Origin: a virus
Taxonomy: Duplodnaviria; Heunggongvirae; Uroviricota; Caudoviricetes
Virus record (IMG/VR): IMGVR_UViG_3300020045_006153
Location: 51,550 to 115,549 of that record
Strand: one strand, 5' to 3'
DNA: 64,000 nucleotides
The notes beneath the pieces were generated by a model. That model was given only the letters and a program-made list of their open reading frames with translations, had not been told where the DNA came from and made no database searches. Position numbers and translations under genes: made by a program. This document shows, one piece after another, positions 18,429 to 28,016 of this stretch (position 1 is the stretch's first letter; every line of letters starts with the position of its first letter).

Positions 18429-18968
18429 ATGACACTTACACCAACTGAAAAAGATTTTGAAAATCATACGGGCAATCTCCGTATCAAGCACATCAGTTTT
18501 GATACCCTAACCCAAATGTGGGAAGGCGCTAGGGACGAATACAACCCGAAAGAAGACGAGCCTCTTGCAAAGTTCTACATCGGAAAGATCGGCAAGTATA
18601 GTGACTGTTCGTATGTTTACAACAACTACATGAGATGCGCTTCTATCTGTGTTACGTTTGCAAACGGCTACGACGTAATGTGTACTCCTAATGATGTTGA
18701 ATTCACTGAAGAAGAAGAATCTTGGGAAGAATATCTTCCCAAGATCCCAAAGCCAGGCGAAGACACCGGTGTTTACAAGCCGTTAACTGATGCAGAGAAA
18801 GAATTTGCTGACAAAATGTTCTTGCAGATGATTGCCGGTCAACATCAGTTACACAACAAGGATCTACGCATTCTGTTGAACCAAGCGATTATTATGACCC
18901 AATTCCGGACAGAACAATATTCACTCAGTTGGGATGTTACATGGCTAAAAGATCTGGAAGAAGAATAA
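18429..18968 (+). CDS. hypothetical protein
   Basis: 179-aa ORF. Confidence 0.45.
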   Translation: MTLTPTEKDFENHTGNLRIKHISFDTLTQMWEGARDEYNPKEDEPLAKFYIGKIGKYSDCSYVYNNYMRCASICVTFANGYDVMCTPNDVEFTEEEESWEEYLPKIPKPGEDTGVYKPLTDAEKEFADKMFLQMIAGQHQLHNKDLRILLNQAIIMTQFRTEQYSLSWDVTWLKDLEEE

Positions 18969-18969
18969 T

Positions 18970-19362
18970 ATGACAATGCATTTACACCACCCGTCTCTCT
19001 CAATGCAAGGTAAGAAGAAGGGCAAGACAAAATTCCGTAATGCTGAAGAAGCACAGAAATCTCGCGAACTAGATGCAAGTTGGAAAGAAATGCAAAAGAA
19101 ATGGGGAGTTGATCTCGAAGAAAAGAAACGCGCTCGTGCTATGGCTGCTGAACCACTTAGTTACAAGTTAGATACTCCTATCGGACGATCCAATACACAT
19201 CATATCAAAAGCGTTGACACAGGAGCAGTGCCTTGTGTAAAATTAGCAGACAAAGTATACACAGGAACAGAGATGTTAGGAATTGGACAATTGCATAAGT
19301 CGAATGCCGTGCCTGTGTTTAGAACAGAAGACGCAGTAGACATTTCAAAGATGAGAAGGTAA
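18970..19362 (+). CDS. hypothetical basic protein
   Basis: 130-aa ORF. Confidence 0.45.
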   Translation: MTMHLHHPSLSMQGKKKGKTKFRNAEEAQKSRELDASWKEMQKKWGVDLEEKKRARAMAAEPLSYKLDTPIGRSNTHHIKSVDTGAVPCVKLADKVYTGTEMLGIGQLHKSNAVPVFRTEDAVDISKMRR

Positions 19363-19363
19363 C

Positions 19364-19858
19364 ATGAATCAGGATTTAATCGAATATGCACTGGCAGGAG
19401 AAGATTTTAGTAAGCCATATACATTAACCGAAGCAGCAATGTTCTTCCATGGAAGAAATCTTATGCACACCGGTGAAGTGCTTGAACAAGCAATTTCCAA
19501 GAAAACAAAGATTCCACAGCAATCTCGGAATAAAATGGGATGTGATTTTCTTGATGGGTCTGAATCAAAATATACCACAGTGTATTATGATAAGACATCG
19601 GCTTACGCAACTATTGGAAATGTTAAAAATAAAACTGGTACTATTCGTGGACTAGTGTACGATGAAAAGAAAACTAAGAAAACATATTACTTTTTGATTC
19701 CATATGAGGTATATTCTCATTACTTTGATACTAAAAGTACAATGAAGATTTTCTTTGACAAAGCAGGCAAACCCAGGATTCCAGAGAAGAATACAAACCC
19801 GAATCTATGGGAATGTAAAGTAACTAAGCGTAAATTCTTTGCATTTAAGCAAAAATAA
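19364..19858 (+). CDS. hypothetical protein
   Basis: 164-aa ORF. Confidence 0.45.
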   Translation: MNQDLIEYALAGEDFSKPYTLTEAAMFFHGRNLMHTGEVLEQAISKKTKIPQQSRNKMGCDFLDGSESKYTTVYYDKTSAYATIGNVKNKTGTIRGLVYDEKKTKKTYYFLIPYEVYSHYFDTKSTMKIFFDKAGKPRIPEKNTNPNLWECKVTKRKFFAFKQK

Positions 19859-19865
19859 ATACTAA

Positions 19866-21236
19866 ATGAAAACACAAACTACTAATAAGTTAATAGCATA
19901 TTTGGCGCTGATCAGTGGACTAACCCTTTCAGTAGTTGCAGAGTACTATAGCATTCTCGGTCTTACAGCAATTTTCTCAGCGGCTGTTATTCCTGTAATT
20001 ATTATGGGCATCTCATTGGGGGTCGGCAAAGTAACTGCGACAGTATGGCTCAAACAGAATTGGGACATTGCTCCATTTTCTGTTAGGACTTATTTGTTTT
20101 CATCCATCATTGTGTTGATGCTTATTACAGCAATGGGTACATTTGGATTCTTAAGCAAGGCGCACAGTGATCAAAGTTTAGTAAGTGGCGATGTATTGGC
20201 AAAGGTAGCAATTTATGACGAAAAGATTAAAACGGAACAAGAGAACATTGTCGCCGAACGCAAGGCAATTAAACAAATGGATGAGGCAGTTGATCAGGTC
20301 ATGGGCCGCTCGACTTCAGAAAACGGTGCCAACCAGGCAGTGGCTATCCGGCGGAGTCAGCAGAAAGAACGGATACGTTTACAAGCAGACATCGCCACTA
20401 GTCAACAAAAGATCGCTAATCTTAATGAAGCAAGAGCACCAATTGCAGCAGAGGTTAGGAAGGTTGAAGCGGAAGTCGGGCCAATTAAGTATATAGCAGC
20501 GTTTGTATATGGGGCAACTGACAATAGCATTCTTGAAAAATCAGTCACATGGATGATTATTGTTATAATTGCAGTGTTTGATCCTCTTGCAGTATTTTTA
20601 TTACTTGCGAGTCAAATTAGTTTTAAAAGCATAAGAGAGCAAGAAGAAAAAGATGCACTTCATGACGAAGTGCAGTATAAACTGCCCGCAGGCAATCCTA
20701 TTCCAGCAGACGTTATTAATGAAGATATTAAAATTAAGCAATTCTTTGAAAACGGTCAAGAAGTTGCACGTAGATTAGACGCAGGAGAAAGCATAGAAGA
20801 GTTACCGAACGTAACAACAATAGAAGACATGCCTGAAGAAGATCCATTACCTGAAATTGATAATAATTTTGCATCAGTTGACGATAGCGAGCATATTGAA
20901 TTACCGTTAGAAGAAGAAGGAATTTTAGATTCACATGAATTTATTCCGCACGAGGATCCTGTTCCGGTGCATGACTTAAAAGAAGTAGTTAAATCGTTAA
21001 CTCCTAGCGAAATGCGAACATTGATTGAAGAACTTAGAGATGTTAAGCCAGATATGTTTCCAACTAACACTAAAACATTTGATTGGGCAACATTACCTGA
21101 AGGAACAGAATATGTAACTATTGATGGGCAAAAAATGAGTGTACGTGCAGGTAAAGCATTATATCCACAGACTCATTACGAACCAATTGATAGTGAAATG
21201 GTTGATTATTCTAAATGGCCATACAAGTCAATTTAA
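19866..21236 (+). CDS. membrane protein with N-terminal TM helices, central coiled coil and acidic C-terminal region
   Basis: 456 aa, about 4 hydrophobic segments, Gln/Ala-rich coiled coil, acidic EEDPLPEIDNN tail. Confidence 0.5.
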   Translation: MKTQTTNKLIAYLALISGLTLSVVAEYYSILGLTAIFSAAVIPVIIMGISLGVGKVTATVWLKQNWDIAPFSVRTYLFSSIIVLMLITAMGTFGFLSKAHSDQSLVSGDVLAKVAIYDEKIKTEQENIVAERKAIKQMDEAVDQVMGRSTSENGANQAVAIRRSQQKERIRLQADIATSQQKIANLNEARAPIAAEVRKVEAEVGPIKYIAAFVYGATDNSILEKSVTWMIIVIIAVFDPLAVFLLLASQISFKSIREQEEKDALHDEVQYKLPAGNPIPADVINEDIKIKQFFENGQEVARRLDAGESIEELPNVTTIEDMPEEDPLPEIDNNFASVDDSEHIELPLEEEGILDSHEFIPHEDPVPVHDLKEVVKSLTPSEMRTLIEELRDVKPDMFPTNTKTFDWATLPEGTEYVTIDGQKMSVRAGKALYPQTHYEPIDSEMVDYSKWPYKSI

Positions 21237-21604
21237 TAACGCCGCCGGATATTTTTCAAAATAATGAACATAGCATAATGCTGATGAACGTTACTAGAAA
21301 AGAAGAAGACGAAATTGCATTATGGTTAACAGATCACGATTCTGATCCTATAAACATTTATTTCTATCAAAACGAGCCAAATGTTCCGTGGGTTTTACAC
21401 TCACTAGGATGCACTGCTTATAAGTACATTAACTTGGATAACTTAACTACTGTCACTATTCATTTGGCAGGATATATCGTTTCCAAACAAAATACTTTCT
21501 ATTTTACTGATGATGCAAATACTGCTGAATTGTACAGCCATATTAATACAAACAGAGTAAAATCAATAACTGACTTTTTGGAAATAACAAGTGGAAAAAA
21601 ATAA
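21215..21604 (+). CDS. hypothetical protein
   Basis: 129-aa ORF. Confidence 0.4.
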   Translation: MAIQVNLITPPDIFQNNEHSIMLMNVTRKEEDEIALWLTDHDSDPINIYFYQNEPNVPWVLHSLGCTAYKYINLDNLTTVTIHLAGYIVSKQNTFYFTDDANTAELYSHINTNRVKSITDFLEITSGKK

Positions 21605-22832
21605 AACACACTCATGCGACTTTTGCGGCAAAACAAAAGATAACGTAGAAAAATTAATAGTCGGAGAGTTCTCCGCAATCTGTAACGAATGTGTAGAATT
21701 ATGCGTTGGAATGCTAGACGATGACAAAGTTAAAAAGTTTCCAATTGGAGACAATAAACAAATATTCAATCCTACTAAAATTAAAGATTTCCTCGATACA
21801 TATGTTATCGGGCAAGACGATGCAAAAATTGCATTAAGCGTTGCAGTGTGTCAACACTTTAAACGTATACACAGCCCATCTAAGGATATTGAAATTGAAA
21901 AAACCAATGTTCTAATGCTCGGGCCCACGGGGTGTGGGAAGACTATGCTTGCGAAAAAACTAGCAGAATATTTAAACGTACCATTTGCGATCTGTGATGC
22001 TACTGGTATTACAGAAGCAGGTTATGTAGGCGACGATGTCGAAAGCGTACTACTACGATTGCTAAGTGCGGCAGATCAAGATGTTGAAAAAGCACAACAT
22101 GGTATTATCTATATTGACGAAATTGATAAACTTTCGAAGAAAGGTGAGAATGCATCTACTACTCGTGATGTGGGTGGAGAAGGGGTTCAACAAGCATTAT
22201 TGAAAATGGTCGAAGGTACTATTGCTCGTTTACCAGCCAGTGATAAACGCAAACATCCTCGAGGCGAAATGTTAGAAATGGATACTTCGGGTATTTTGTT
22301 TATTTGCGGCGGCGCATTTGTAGGTCTTGATAAAATTATCGAAAAACGAGCATCAAAATCGTCAGTTGGGTTTCATGCAGATATGAAAAAGAAAACTGAA
22401 ACAAATTATAAAGATGTTACAACTAAGGATTTAATTACATACGGATTGATTCCTGAATTTGTGGGACGATTTGGACTTATTACAAGTGTCGAAGAACTAG
22501 GAGTTCCTGACCTTGTTCGTATTCTAAGAGAGCCTAAAAATAGTTTAATTAAGCAGTATAAGCACCTATTTGATTTAGACGGTATTAAGTTAGAATTCGA
22601 CGAAAAAGCGTTGCAAATCGTGGCAGAAAAGGCGAAAAAGATGCAAACTAACGCACGTGGCCTCAAGAATATTCTAGAACAAGTATTACTACAGTATCAG
22701 TTCAATGCAGTTGATCTTGTTGAACGCGGGTTAAGCAAAATTGTAATCGGCGAAGATGCAGTTAATGGTAAAGCAGCATCTTTAGTATTCGATAAGAAGA
22801 AGGAAGTTAAGGCTGGTGAAAATACTGCTTGA
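21591..22832 (+). CDS. clpX: ClpX-like AAA+ ATPase (unfoldase)
   Basis: N-terminal C4 zinc-binding domain (CDFCGK...CNEC), Walker A GPTGCGKT, Walker B IIYIDEIDK, 413 aa. Confidence 0.85.
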   Translation: MEKNKTHSCDFCGKTKDNVEKLIVGEFSAICNECVELCVGMLDDDKVKKFPIGDNKQIFNPTKIKDFLDTYVIGQDDAKIALSVAVCQHFKRIHSPSKDIEIEKTNVLMLGPTGCGKTMLAKKLAEYLNVPFAICDATGITEAGYVGDDVESVLLRLLSAADQDVEKAQHGIIYIDEIDKLSKKGENASTTRDVGGEGVQQALLKMVEGTIARLPASDKRKHPRGEMLEMDTSGILFICGGAFVGLDKIIEKRASKSSVGFHADMKKKTETNYKDVTTKDLITYGLIPEFVGRFGLITSVEELGVPDLVRILREPKNSLIKQYKHLFDLDGIKLEFDEKALQIVAEKAKKMQTNARGLKNILEQVLLQYQFNAVDLVERGLSKIVIGEDAVNGKAASLVFDKKKEVKAGENTA

Positions 22833-23488
22833 ACTTTGTTGGACAGTTCATACATACTATATGTATGATAGAACAAGTAAAACAAATTAATATCTCAATA
22901 GTAGCAACATATTTCAAAGACAATATGGATTTTTGTTTATTGCATAAACTCGGATTAGCATTAGGTACCCAACTTAACGAGAGAACCTTACGTTTCCTGA
23001 AGTCCATGTTTATTGAATTTAGTTTCGAAGAATATAGCAATAATACTGTTAAACGGGTTAATGAAAAAGGATGTGATTTAATTATACCAGCATTAAATAA
23101 TGCACGAGTTGAATTAAAATATACAGAAGATGCATTGTATACACCTGTAAAACACCAATTGCGTAAGTCTACTGGTGCTGTTAAACTAATGAATAGCATG
23201 GGAGAAAATATACATAAAACGTTGCCCGATACATACGCAGATTATTTGATGGTAATTGGGTTACATGGGGCTATATTATTCGATAAGGAAACAATTGAAC
23301 AATATATAACAGTAGCAGGGGATGGTATTTCTGCTAATATACCAACTAATTTAGGCATTATTCTCGCAACTCCTTTAGAAATGAAAGGTAATCAATCAGA
23401 AATAGATATGTTAAATGAATTAGAAACATCGATCAGATCTTATATTAAAAAAGTTAAAACATTACATGACAACACACAATACATATAA
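22829..23488 (+). CDS. hypothetical protein
   Basis: 219-aa ORF. Confidence 0.45.
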   Translation: MNFVGQFIHTICMIEQVKQINISIVATYFKDNMDFCLLHKLGLALGTQLNERTLRFLKSMFIEFSFEEYSNNTVKRVNEKGCDLIIPALNNARVELKYTEDALYTPVKHQLRKSTGAVKLMNSMGENIHKTLPDTYADYLMVIGLHGAILFDKETIEQYITVAGDGISANIPTNLGIILATPLEMKGNQSEIDMLNELETSIRSYIKKVKTLHDNTQYI

Positions 23489-24332
23489 TAAATCATGTAT
23501 AACGGGAATGCAAATACACGTAAATAGCAATTCAATTGATTTGATATTTACAGATCCACCTTACGGAATAGAAGGTGATAAATTAGATGTAGTTTATCAC
23601 CGAGACGAATCAAATGTAGTCGCAGGTTATATTGATATACCACTTGATAAATACAAGCAATTTAGCATAGATTGGATTAACGAATGTGCTAGGGTATTGC
23701 GACCGGGAGGTAGCATATACATAGTTAGTGGATATACAAATTTACATCATATTTTAAATGCGTTACATAGTTCCGGTCTTAAAGAAGTAAGCCATATTAT
23801 TGCAAAATACACATTCGGTGTAAACGCATCTAAAAAATGGGTTAGCAGTCACTATCATGTGTTATTTTGGGAAAAACCTTCAAAGGGAAACCAGAAACGT
23901 ACGTTTAATACATTATGTAAGTTTACTGATAACAAAGATAGTTATAACGATAGGCTAACTGTGCAAGATATGCCTAGGGATTATAAACCAGGACAAATTA
24001 AAAATAAAAATCAGTTATCTGAAGAATTTATTGAAAAATTTATAAGGTATAGTTCAAACAGAGGCGATACAGTACTTGACTGTTTCGGAGGAGGATTTAC
24101 AACAGGAAGAACTGCATTACGTTGGGGTCGAAATTTTGTAGGATTCGAACTTAACAAACTTGCATACGATGAATTTGTTCCAACATTAGAAAATGTACAA
24201 GAAATTCAAGATCCAGTGCCTATTGAACCAGATGCTAAAGAGTTGGAAAAAAGAAATAAGATGCGAGAAGGTTGGAGAAATGATAGAACAAAACGTAAAC
24301 AACAAAATATATCTTCGGATTTATTTGAATAA
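23466..24332 (+). CDS. DNA methyltransferase (beta-class, DPPY motif; N6-adenine or N4-cytosine)
   Basis: FTDPPYG (motif IV) N-terminal to the AdoMet-binding FGGGFTTG (motif I), 288 aa. Confidence 0.7.
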   Translation: MTTHNTYNKSCITGMQIHVNSNSIDLIFTDPPYGIEGDKLDVVYHRDESNVVAGYIDIPLDKYKQFSIDWINECARVLRPGGSIYIVSGYTNLHHILNALHSSGLKEVSHIIAKYTFGVNASKKWVSSHYHVLFWEKPSKGNQKRTFNTLCKFTDNKDSYNDRLTVQDMPRDYKPGQIKNKNQLSEEFIEKFIRYSSNRGDTVLDCFGGGFTTGRTALRWGRNFVGFELNKLAYDEFVPTLENVQEIQDPVPIEPDAKELEKRNKMREGWRNDRTKRKQQNISSDLFE

Positions 24333-24350
24333 TCAATAAGAAAGAAAATT

Positions 24351-24881
24351 ATGGCAAAGGCTTTAATGGTAGACTTGGAAACTCTTGCAGTTTCCCCAGA
24401 CGCAGTTGTGCTCTCGTTAGGCGCAGTGCATTTTAACCCTTGGGGTAACGGATACGGTGATAAACTATCGTTTCGTATTAACATCGACGATCAAGACTTG
24501 CTGGGACGCGAAGTTGATCCTAATACAGTTGAATGGTGGTCGAAGCAAGATCCAGTAGTAATGGAAGAAGCATTTAGCCCAGATGACCGTATTCCGTTGG
24601 AAGAAGCAATGGAAAAGTTTCACAAGTTTGCTTGGGGATGCGATACATTCTGGGCACACGGTGCAACGTTTGACTTAGTAATATTGGAAAATATTATGAA
24701 GCAACTTAAAAGGCCATTTCCTTGGTCGTATTGGCAACTACGTGACACACGCACGTTATTTGATCTAGGATACGACCCCGATATGCCCAAAGGTGGGTTA
24801 CACGATGCATTGCAAGATGCAATCCGACAAGCAGTAGGTGTGCAGAACATTTATGCTAAAATGAAAATTCGACCAAAATAA
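24351..24881 (+). CDS. DEDDh 3'-5' exonuclease (DnaQ/RNase T-like)
   Basis: Exo I DLETL, Exo III HDALQDA, 176 aa. Confidence 0.7.
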   Translation: MAKALMVDLETLAVSPDAVVLSLGAVHFNPWGNGYGDKLSFRINIDDQDLLGREVDPNTVEWWSKQDPVVMEEAFSPDDRIPLEEAMEKFHKFAWGCDTFWAHGATFDLVILENIMKQLKRPFPWSYWQLRDTRTLFDLGYDPDMPKGGLHDALQDAIRQAVGVQNIYAKMKIRPK

Positions 24882-24889
24882 AGGAATAT

Positions 24890-25117
24890 ATGACAGAAGA
24901 AAAAAAACTCGAAGTAGTGTTTGCGCCAGGATGCTTTGACAGTTTTAACGGAACACAAGAAGAACTCAATGAACTAATGGCCGAGATTCAATCGCTTGCA
25001 GCATCTGGAGAATTATTTGAGAGTAGCACTCTCATTGATGTTGATGATCTAGATGATGAAGAATATACAGCATTGCAACTATCAATGCAAAATATCGATA
25101 CACGTACATTACAATAA
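24890..25117 (+). CDS. small highly acidic protein
   Basis: 75 aa, roughly one in four residues Asp/Glu. Confidence 0.4.
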   Translation: MTEEKKLEVVFAPGCFDSFNGTQEELNELMAEIQSLAASGELFESSTLIDVDDLDDEEYTALQLSMQNIDTRTLQ

Positions 25118-25125
25118 TGGTAACA

Positions 25126-25151
25126 CTGCCTCTTTACAAGGGGCAGTTTTT
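25126..25151. terminator. intrinsic terminator (CTGCCTC-tttacaa-GGGGCAG + TTTT)
   Basis: 7-bp stem including G-U, then T-run. Confidence 0.5.
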
Positions 25152-25198
25152 CATGTATAATAAATACATGCAGCAAAGAGATAGACTTTTTGCACATA
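25133..25198 (+). promoter_or_regulatory. promoter TTTACA-17-TATAAT plus conserved leader hairpin GCAAAGAG-ataga-CTTTTTGC (copy 1)
   Basis: Same 45-nt element (TATAATAAATACATGCAGCRAAGAGATAGACTTTTYGCACAT) recurs at 35755-35797 with a compensatory A-T to G-C change in the stem. Confidence 0.55.
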
Positions 25199-25217
25199 AT
25201 TTACTTAGGATTTAAGT

Positions 25218-25484
25218 ATGACAAACAAATTTCAAACCCGAATTAAAGAACTGTTTCCTGAAAATGGAGTAATGTGTTTAACGGAAAGTAGTACACCAGA
25301 AGGTGTTGCGTATTACTATTCCGAAGAACAAGTTCAACGCCTTGCAGCATTGATTGTCAAAGAATGCATTGCTATCATCGATGATGTGTACGAACAAGCC
25401 GAGCCAGATCATGGATGCCACGACCGGGCTACATGGGCAACTAGTGACGACATCAAGTATATGTTTGGAGTGCAAGATGAATAA
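25218..25484 (+). CDS. hypothetical protein (first gene of the NadM transcription unit)
   Basis: 88 aa, ATGA overlap with nadM. Confidence 0.4.
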   Translation: MTNKFQTRIKELFPENGVMCLTESSTPEGVAYYYSEEQVQRLAALIVKECIAIIDDVYEQAEPDHGCHDRATWATSDDIKYMFGVQDE

Positions 25485-26505
25485 AAAATACGATACCCTT
25501 GTTCTAATTGGCCGGTTTCAACCAGTGCATAGTGCACACGTAGAAATTATTCAGCGCGCAGTTTCGCTAACAAAAGATCTAATTATTATTGTTGGATCGG
25601 CTGATCAACCTCGAACTTATAAGAATCCGTGGTCTTACAAAGAACGTGCAATGATGTTGAATAACGTGCTAGAGACAATTAATGTTGGCACAACTCGTGT
25701 TCACATCGAATCAAACGTTGATACAATTTATAACGATACTGCTTGGGTACGTCGAGTACAAGGTATTGTTTCTAAGTACAGGTGTCTCGGTGGACGCACT
25801 GGAATTATTGGTCACAAGAAAGACGAAAGTTCGTTCTATCTGGAAATGTTCCCTCAATGGGAATTCGAAAATGTAGATTTGATTCAACCGTTAAATGCTA
25901 GTAACGTGCGAGATCTGTATTTCCGTGAAGATGCAAATATGAATTTCTTGCGCTCTGTGATTCCGCAATCAACTTATCGCATGTTGGAAGGATGGTTTCA
26001 ATCGCCGGATCGTGCGCAAGTGATCAAAGAACGCGAGTTTGTTGCAAAATACAAAAAGCAATACGAATCACTGCCTTATCCTCCGATCTTTGTGACTGCA
26101 GATGCACTAGTTATTCAAAGCGGACACATTTTAATGGTGAAACGGCGTGCCGAACCCGGTAAAGGGTTGTGGGCTCTTCCTGGAGGATACGTAAATGCAT
26201 ATACTGATAAAAGTGTCGAGGATGCAATGATTCGAGAACTAAGAGAAGAAACTGGTATCAAAGTTCCGGCGCCTGTATTGCGTGGTAGCATTGTAGATCG
26301 CAAAGTGTTTGATGCAGTTGATCGCAGCCCTCGTGGCCGTATTATTACGCACACACATAAAATTGTATTGCCCGATGGTCCTTTAATTAAAGTAAAAGGA
26401 GCAGATGATGCTGAAAAAGCAGCAATGCGAGCAATCGCAGATATTCGAAGCGACGAATGCTTCGAAGATCATTATGAAATGGTACAATGGGGAGTAGGAG
26501 CATAA
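25477..26505 (+). CDS. nadM: bifunctional NMN adenylyltransferase / ADP-ribose pyrophosphatase (NadM-Nudix)
   Basis: N-terminal LVLIGRFQPVHSAH (H/TxGH nucleotidyltransferase motif) and C-terminal Nudix box GGYVNAYTDKSVEDAMIRELREETGI. ORF track starts at 25354, but ATG 25477 directly follows the upstream stop. Confidence 0.8.
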   Translation: MNKKYDTLVLIGRFQPVHSAHVEIIQRAVSLTKDLIIIVGSADQPRTYKNPWSYKERAMMLNNVLETINVGTTRVHIESNVDTIYNDTAWVRRVQGIVSKYRCLGGRTGIIGHKKDESSFYLEMFPQWEFENVDLIQPLNASNVRDLYFREDANMNFLRSVIPQSTYRMLEGWFQSPDRAQVIKEREFVAKYKKQYESLPYPPIFVTADALVIQSGHILMVKRRAEPGKGLWALPGGYVNAYTDKSVEDAMIRELREETGIKVPAPVLRGSIVDRKVFDAVDRSPRGRIITHTHKIVLPDGPLIKVKGADDAEKAAMRAIADIRSDECFEDHYEMVQWGVGA

Positions 26506-26506
26506 T

Positions 26507-26758
26507 ATGAAAACTGTTAACGTATGGGATATCCAAATCTGGGACGGCGGCGATAGGTGTAATCACGCATTTTATCTTTCTTCAAACGAAGAAGCGGAAA
26601 AATGGAAAGTCAACAATAAGTTTGATAATGTACAGGAACAAACATTTAAAATTTATGATACTATCGAAGAATACCGCGAAGGTAAATCAGAAGTAACACG
26701 ACAACGTGCACTTGCAAAATTGACACCAATTGAACGTATATCGCTAGGACTAGAATGA
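26507..26758 (+). CDS. hypothetical protein
   Basis: 83-aa ORF. Confidence 0.4.
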   Translation: MKTVNVWDIQIWDGGDRCNHAFYLSSNEEAEKWKVNNKFDNVQEQTFKIYDTIEEYREGKSEVTRQRALAKLTPIERISLGLE

Positions 26759-27072
26759 TCAATCGACTTTTTGAAATTAGTTGTACACCGACTAATAACT
26801 TTCCAGTACTTGCCCGTAATTCTAAAATTATGGAAGAACTCGGTGAGTTCAGTGAAGCACTACTACACAAATTAGGTATGTTGCCTCATAAAGAAATGAA
26901 GGAACCAATTGAAGGCGAAGCCGCAGATGTTATTATCTGCGTAATCGATGCACTTGCTGGAGCATATCCCGAAATGACTGCTGAGGGGTTAACCGGAATG
27001 TTGGAATTTCAACTTGGTAAGAAATCTCTAAAATGGAAAACTGTAATGGAGATACGTAATGAATCTACTTAA
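26755..27072 (+). CDS. mazG: MazG-like nucleotide pyrophosphohydrolase domain protein
   Basis: EELGEFSEA ... EEAADVIICVIDA (EExxE / DxxD all-alpha NTP-PPase motifs), 105 aa. Confidence 0.55.
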   Translation: MINRLFEISCTPTNNFPVLARNSKIMEELGEFSEALLHKLGMLPHKEMKEPIEGEAADVIICVIDALAGAYPEMTAEGLTGMLEFQLGKKSLKWKTVMEIRNEST

Positions 27073-27541
27073 TACACAATCACTTACTTATAAAGTAGGC
27101 CGGAAAACAAAAGGGCTTCGTGCCAAGCCGATAGTAACACTGTTAGTTGATCGCACAGTAATGGCAAAGTTTCTTGTGGACACGCTCGAAGCAAAAGAAC
27201 CAGTACACGCAGACGCTATGTTCTGCATTGGTGAAAGTAATGATGCTTGGCAGCAATCTGCAAAGAAATTGCTTGCAAAGTATACTGTAGAAGCGATCGA
27301 TTCCGACGGTTGGATGATATGCTATCCTAAGAAAGAAAATAGCGTTGAGTTTTCTCAACTTCCGGATACAACATATGGCGGTTACATTCAAGGCAACTGG
27401 GGAGAAACTGTAGAAGACATGCCAAATCTGCAACGCTATAAGCCAGGGGATTTTGTTGTGCGAAATCGTGAAGACCATACTGATACATGGATTGTCGATA
27501 AAAAGATTTTCCTGAACAGTTATACAGAGATTACAACATGA
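27059..27541 (+). CDS. hypothetical protein
   Basis: 160-aa ORF. Confidence 0.45.
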   Translation: MNLLNTQSLTYKVGRKTKGLRAKPIVTLLVDRTVMAKFLVDTLEAKEPVHADAMFCIGESNDAWQQSAKKLLAKYTVEAIDSDGWMICYPKKENSVEFSQLPDTTYGGYIQGNWGETVEDMPNLQRYKPGDFVVRNREDHTDTWIVDKKIFLNSYTEITT

Positions 27542-27621
27542 AAATTCATCAATCAAAAGTAGTGCGCGAGGCAACTGATTTAGATATTGCGGTATTTAAA
27601 GTTTAGCAGAATTGAAGAAAA

Positions 27622-27819
27622 GTGCATAAAACAAACTATAGGCCTTCTCGTAGTCAACAACTTGTAATTACCGAAATGATCAGAAACAAGTATTACGAGT
27701 CACATGACAATATTATTGTACATCATGTTCTCGAAGATTCGTTTCTGCGATTGTATGTTCAAATTGAACGACGCGGTTGGTCAGGTAGTAACATAGTGTT
27801 TGAAAGGTTAGAATTGTGA
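27622..27819 (+). CDS. hypothetical protein
   Basis: 65-aa ORF. Confidence 0.35.
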   Translation: MHKTNYRPSRSQQLVITEMIRNKYYESHDNIIVHHVLEDSFLRLYVQIERRGWSGSNIVFERLEL

Positions 27820-28016
27820 TACACCCAGATTATGTAGAATATGCAAAATATGTCGACGGCAAAAAAACAAACAAGAATCTCGTTGAAGACCTCACCCGGC
27901 TGCGCAATGAAATAGTTAGTGATGCCTTTGAAGGCAATCGTGTAAAAAATGCAGCATTGGCAATAGTAGTTTACAAAATTAACAGTTGCCTTGGTAAAGG
28001 ATATCCTCGGAGATGA
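27816..28016 (+). CDS. hypothetical protein
   Basis: 66-aa ORF. Confidence 0.35.
   Translation: MIHPDYVEYAKYVDGKKTNKNLVEDLTRLRNEIVSDAFEGNRVKNAALAIVVYKINSCLGKGYPRR

Noticed and set aside
22406-23199. Minus-strand ORFs 22406..22666, 22697..22885 and 22807..23199
   Set aside because: Antisense to clpX and the following plus-strand gene, with no translational signals.
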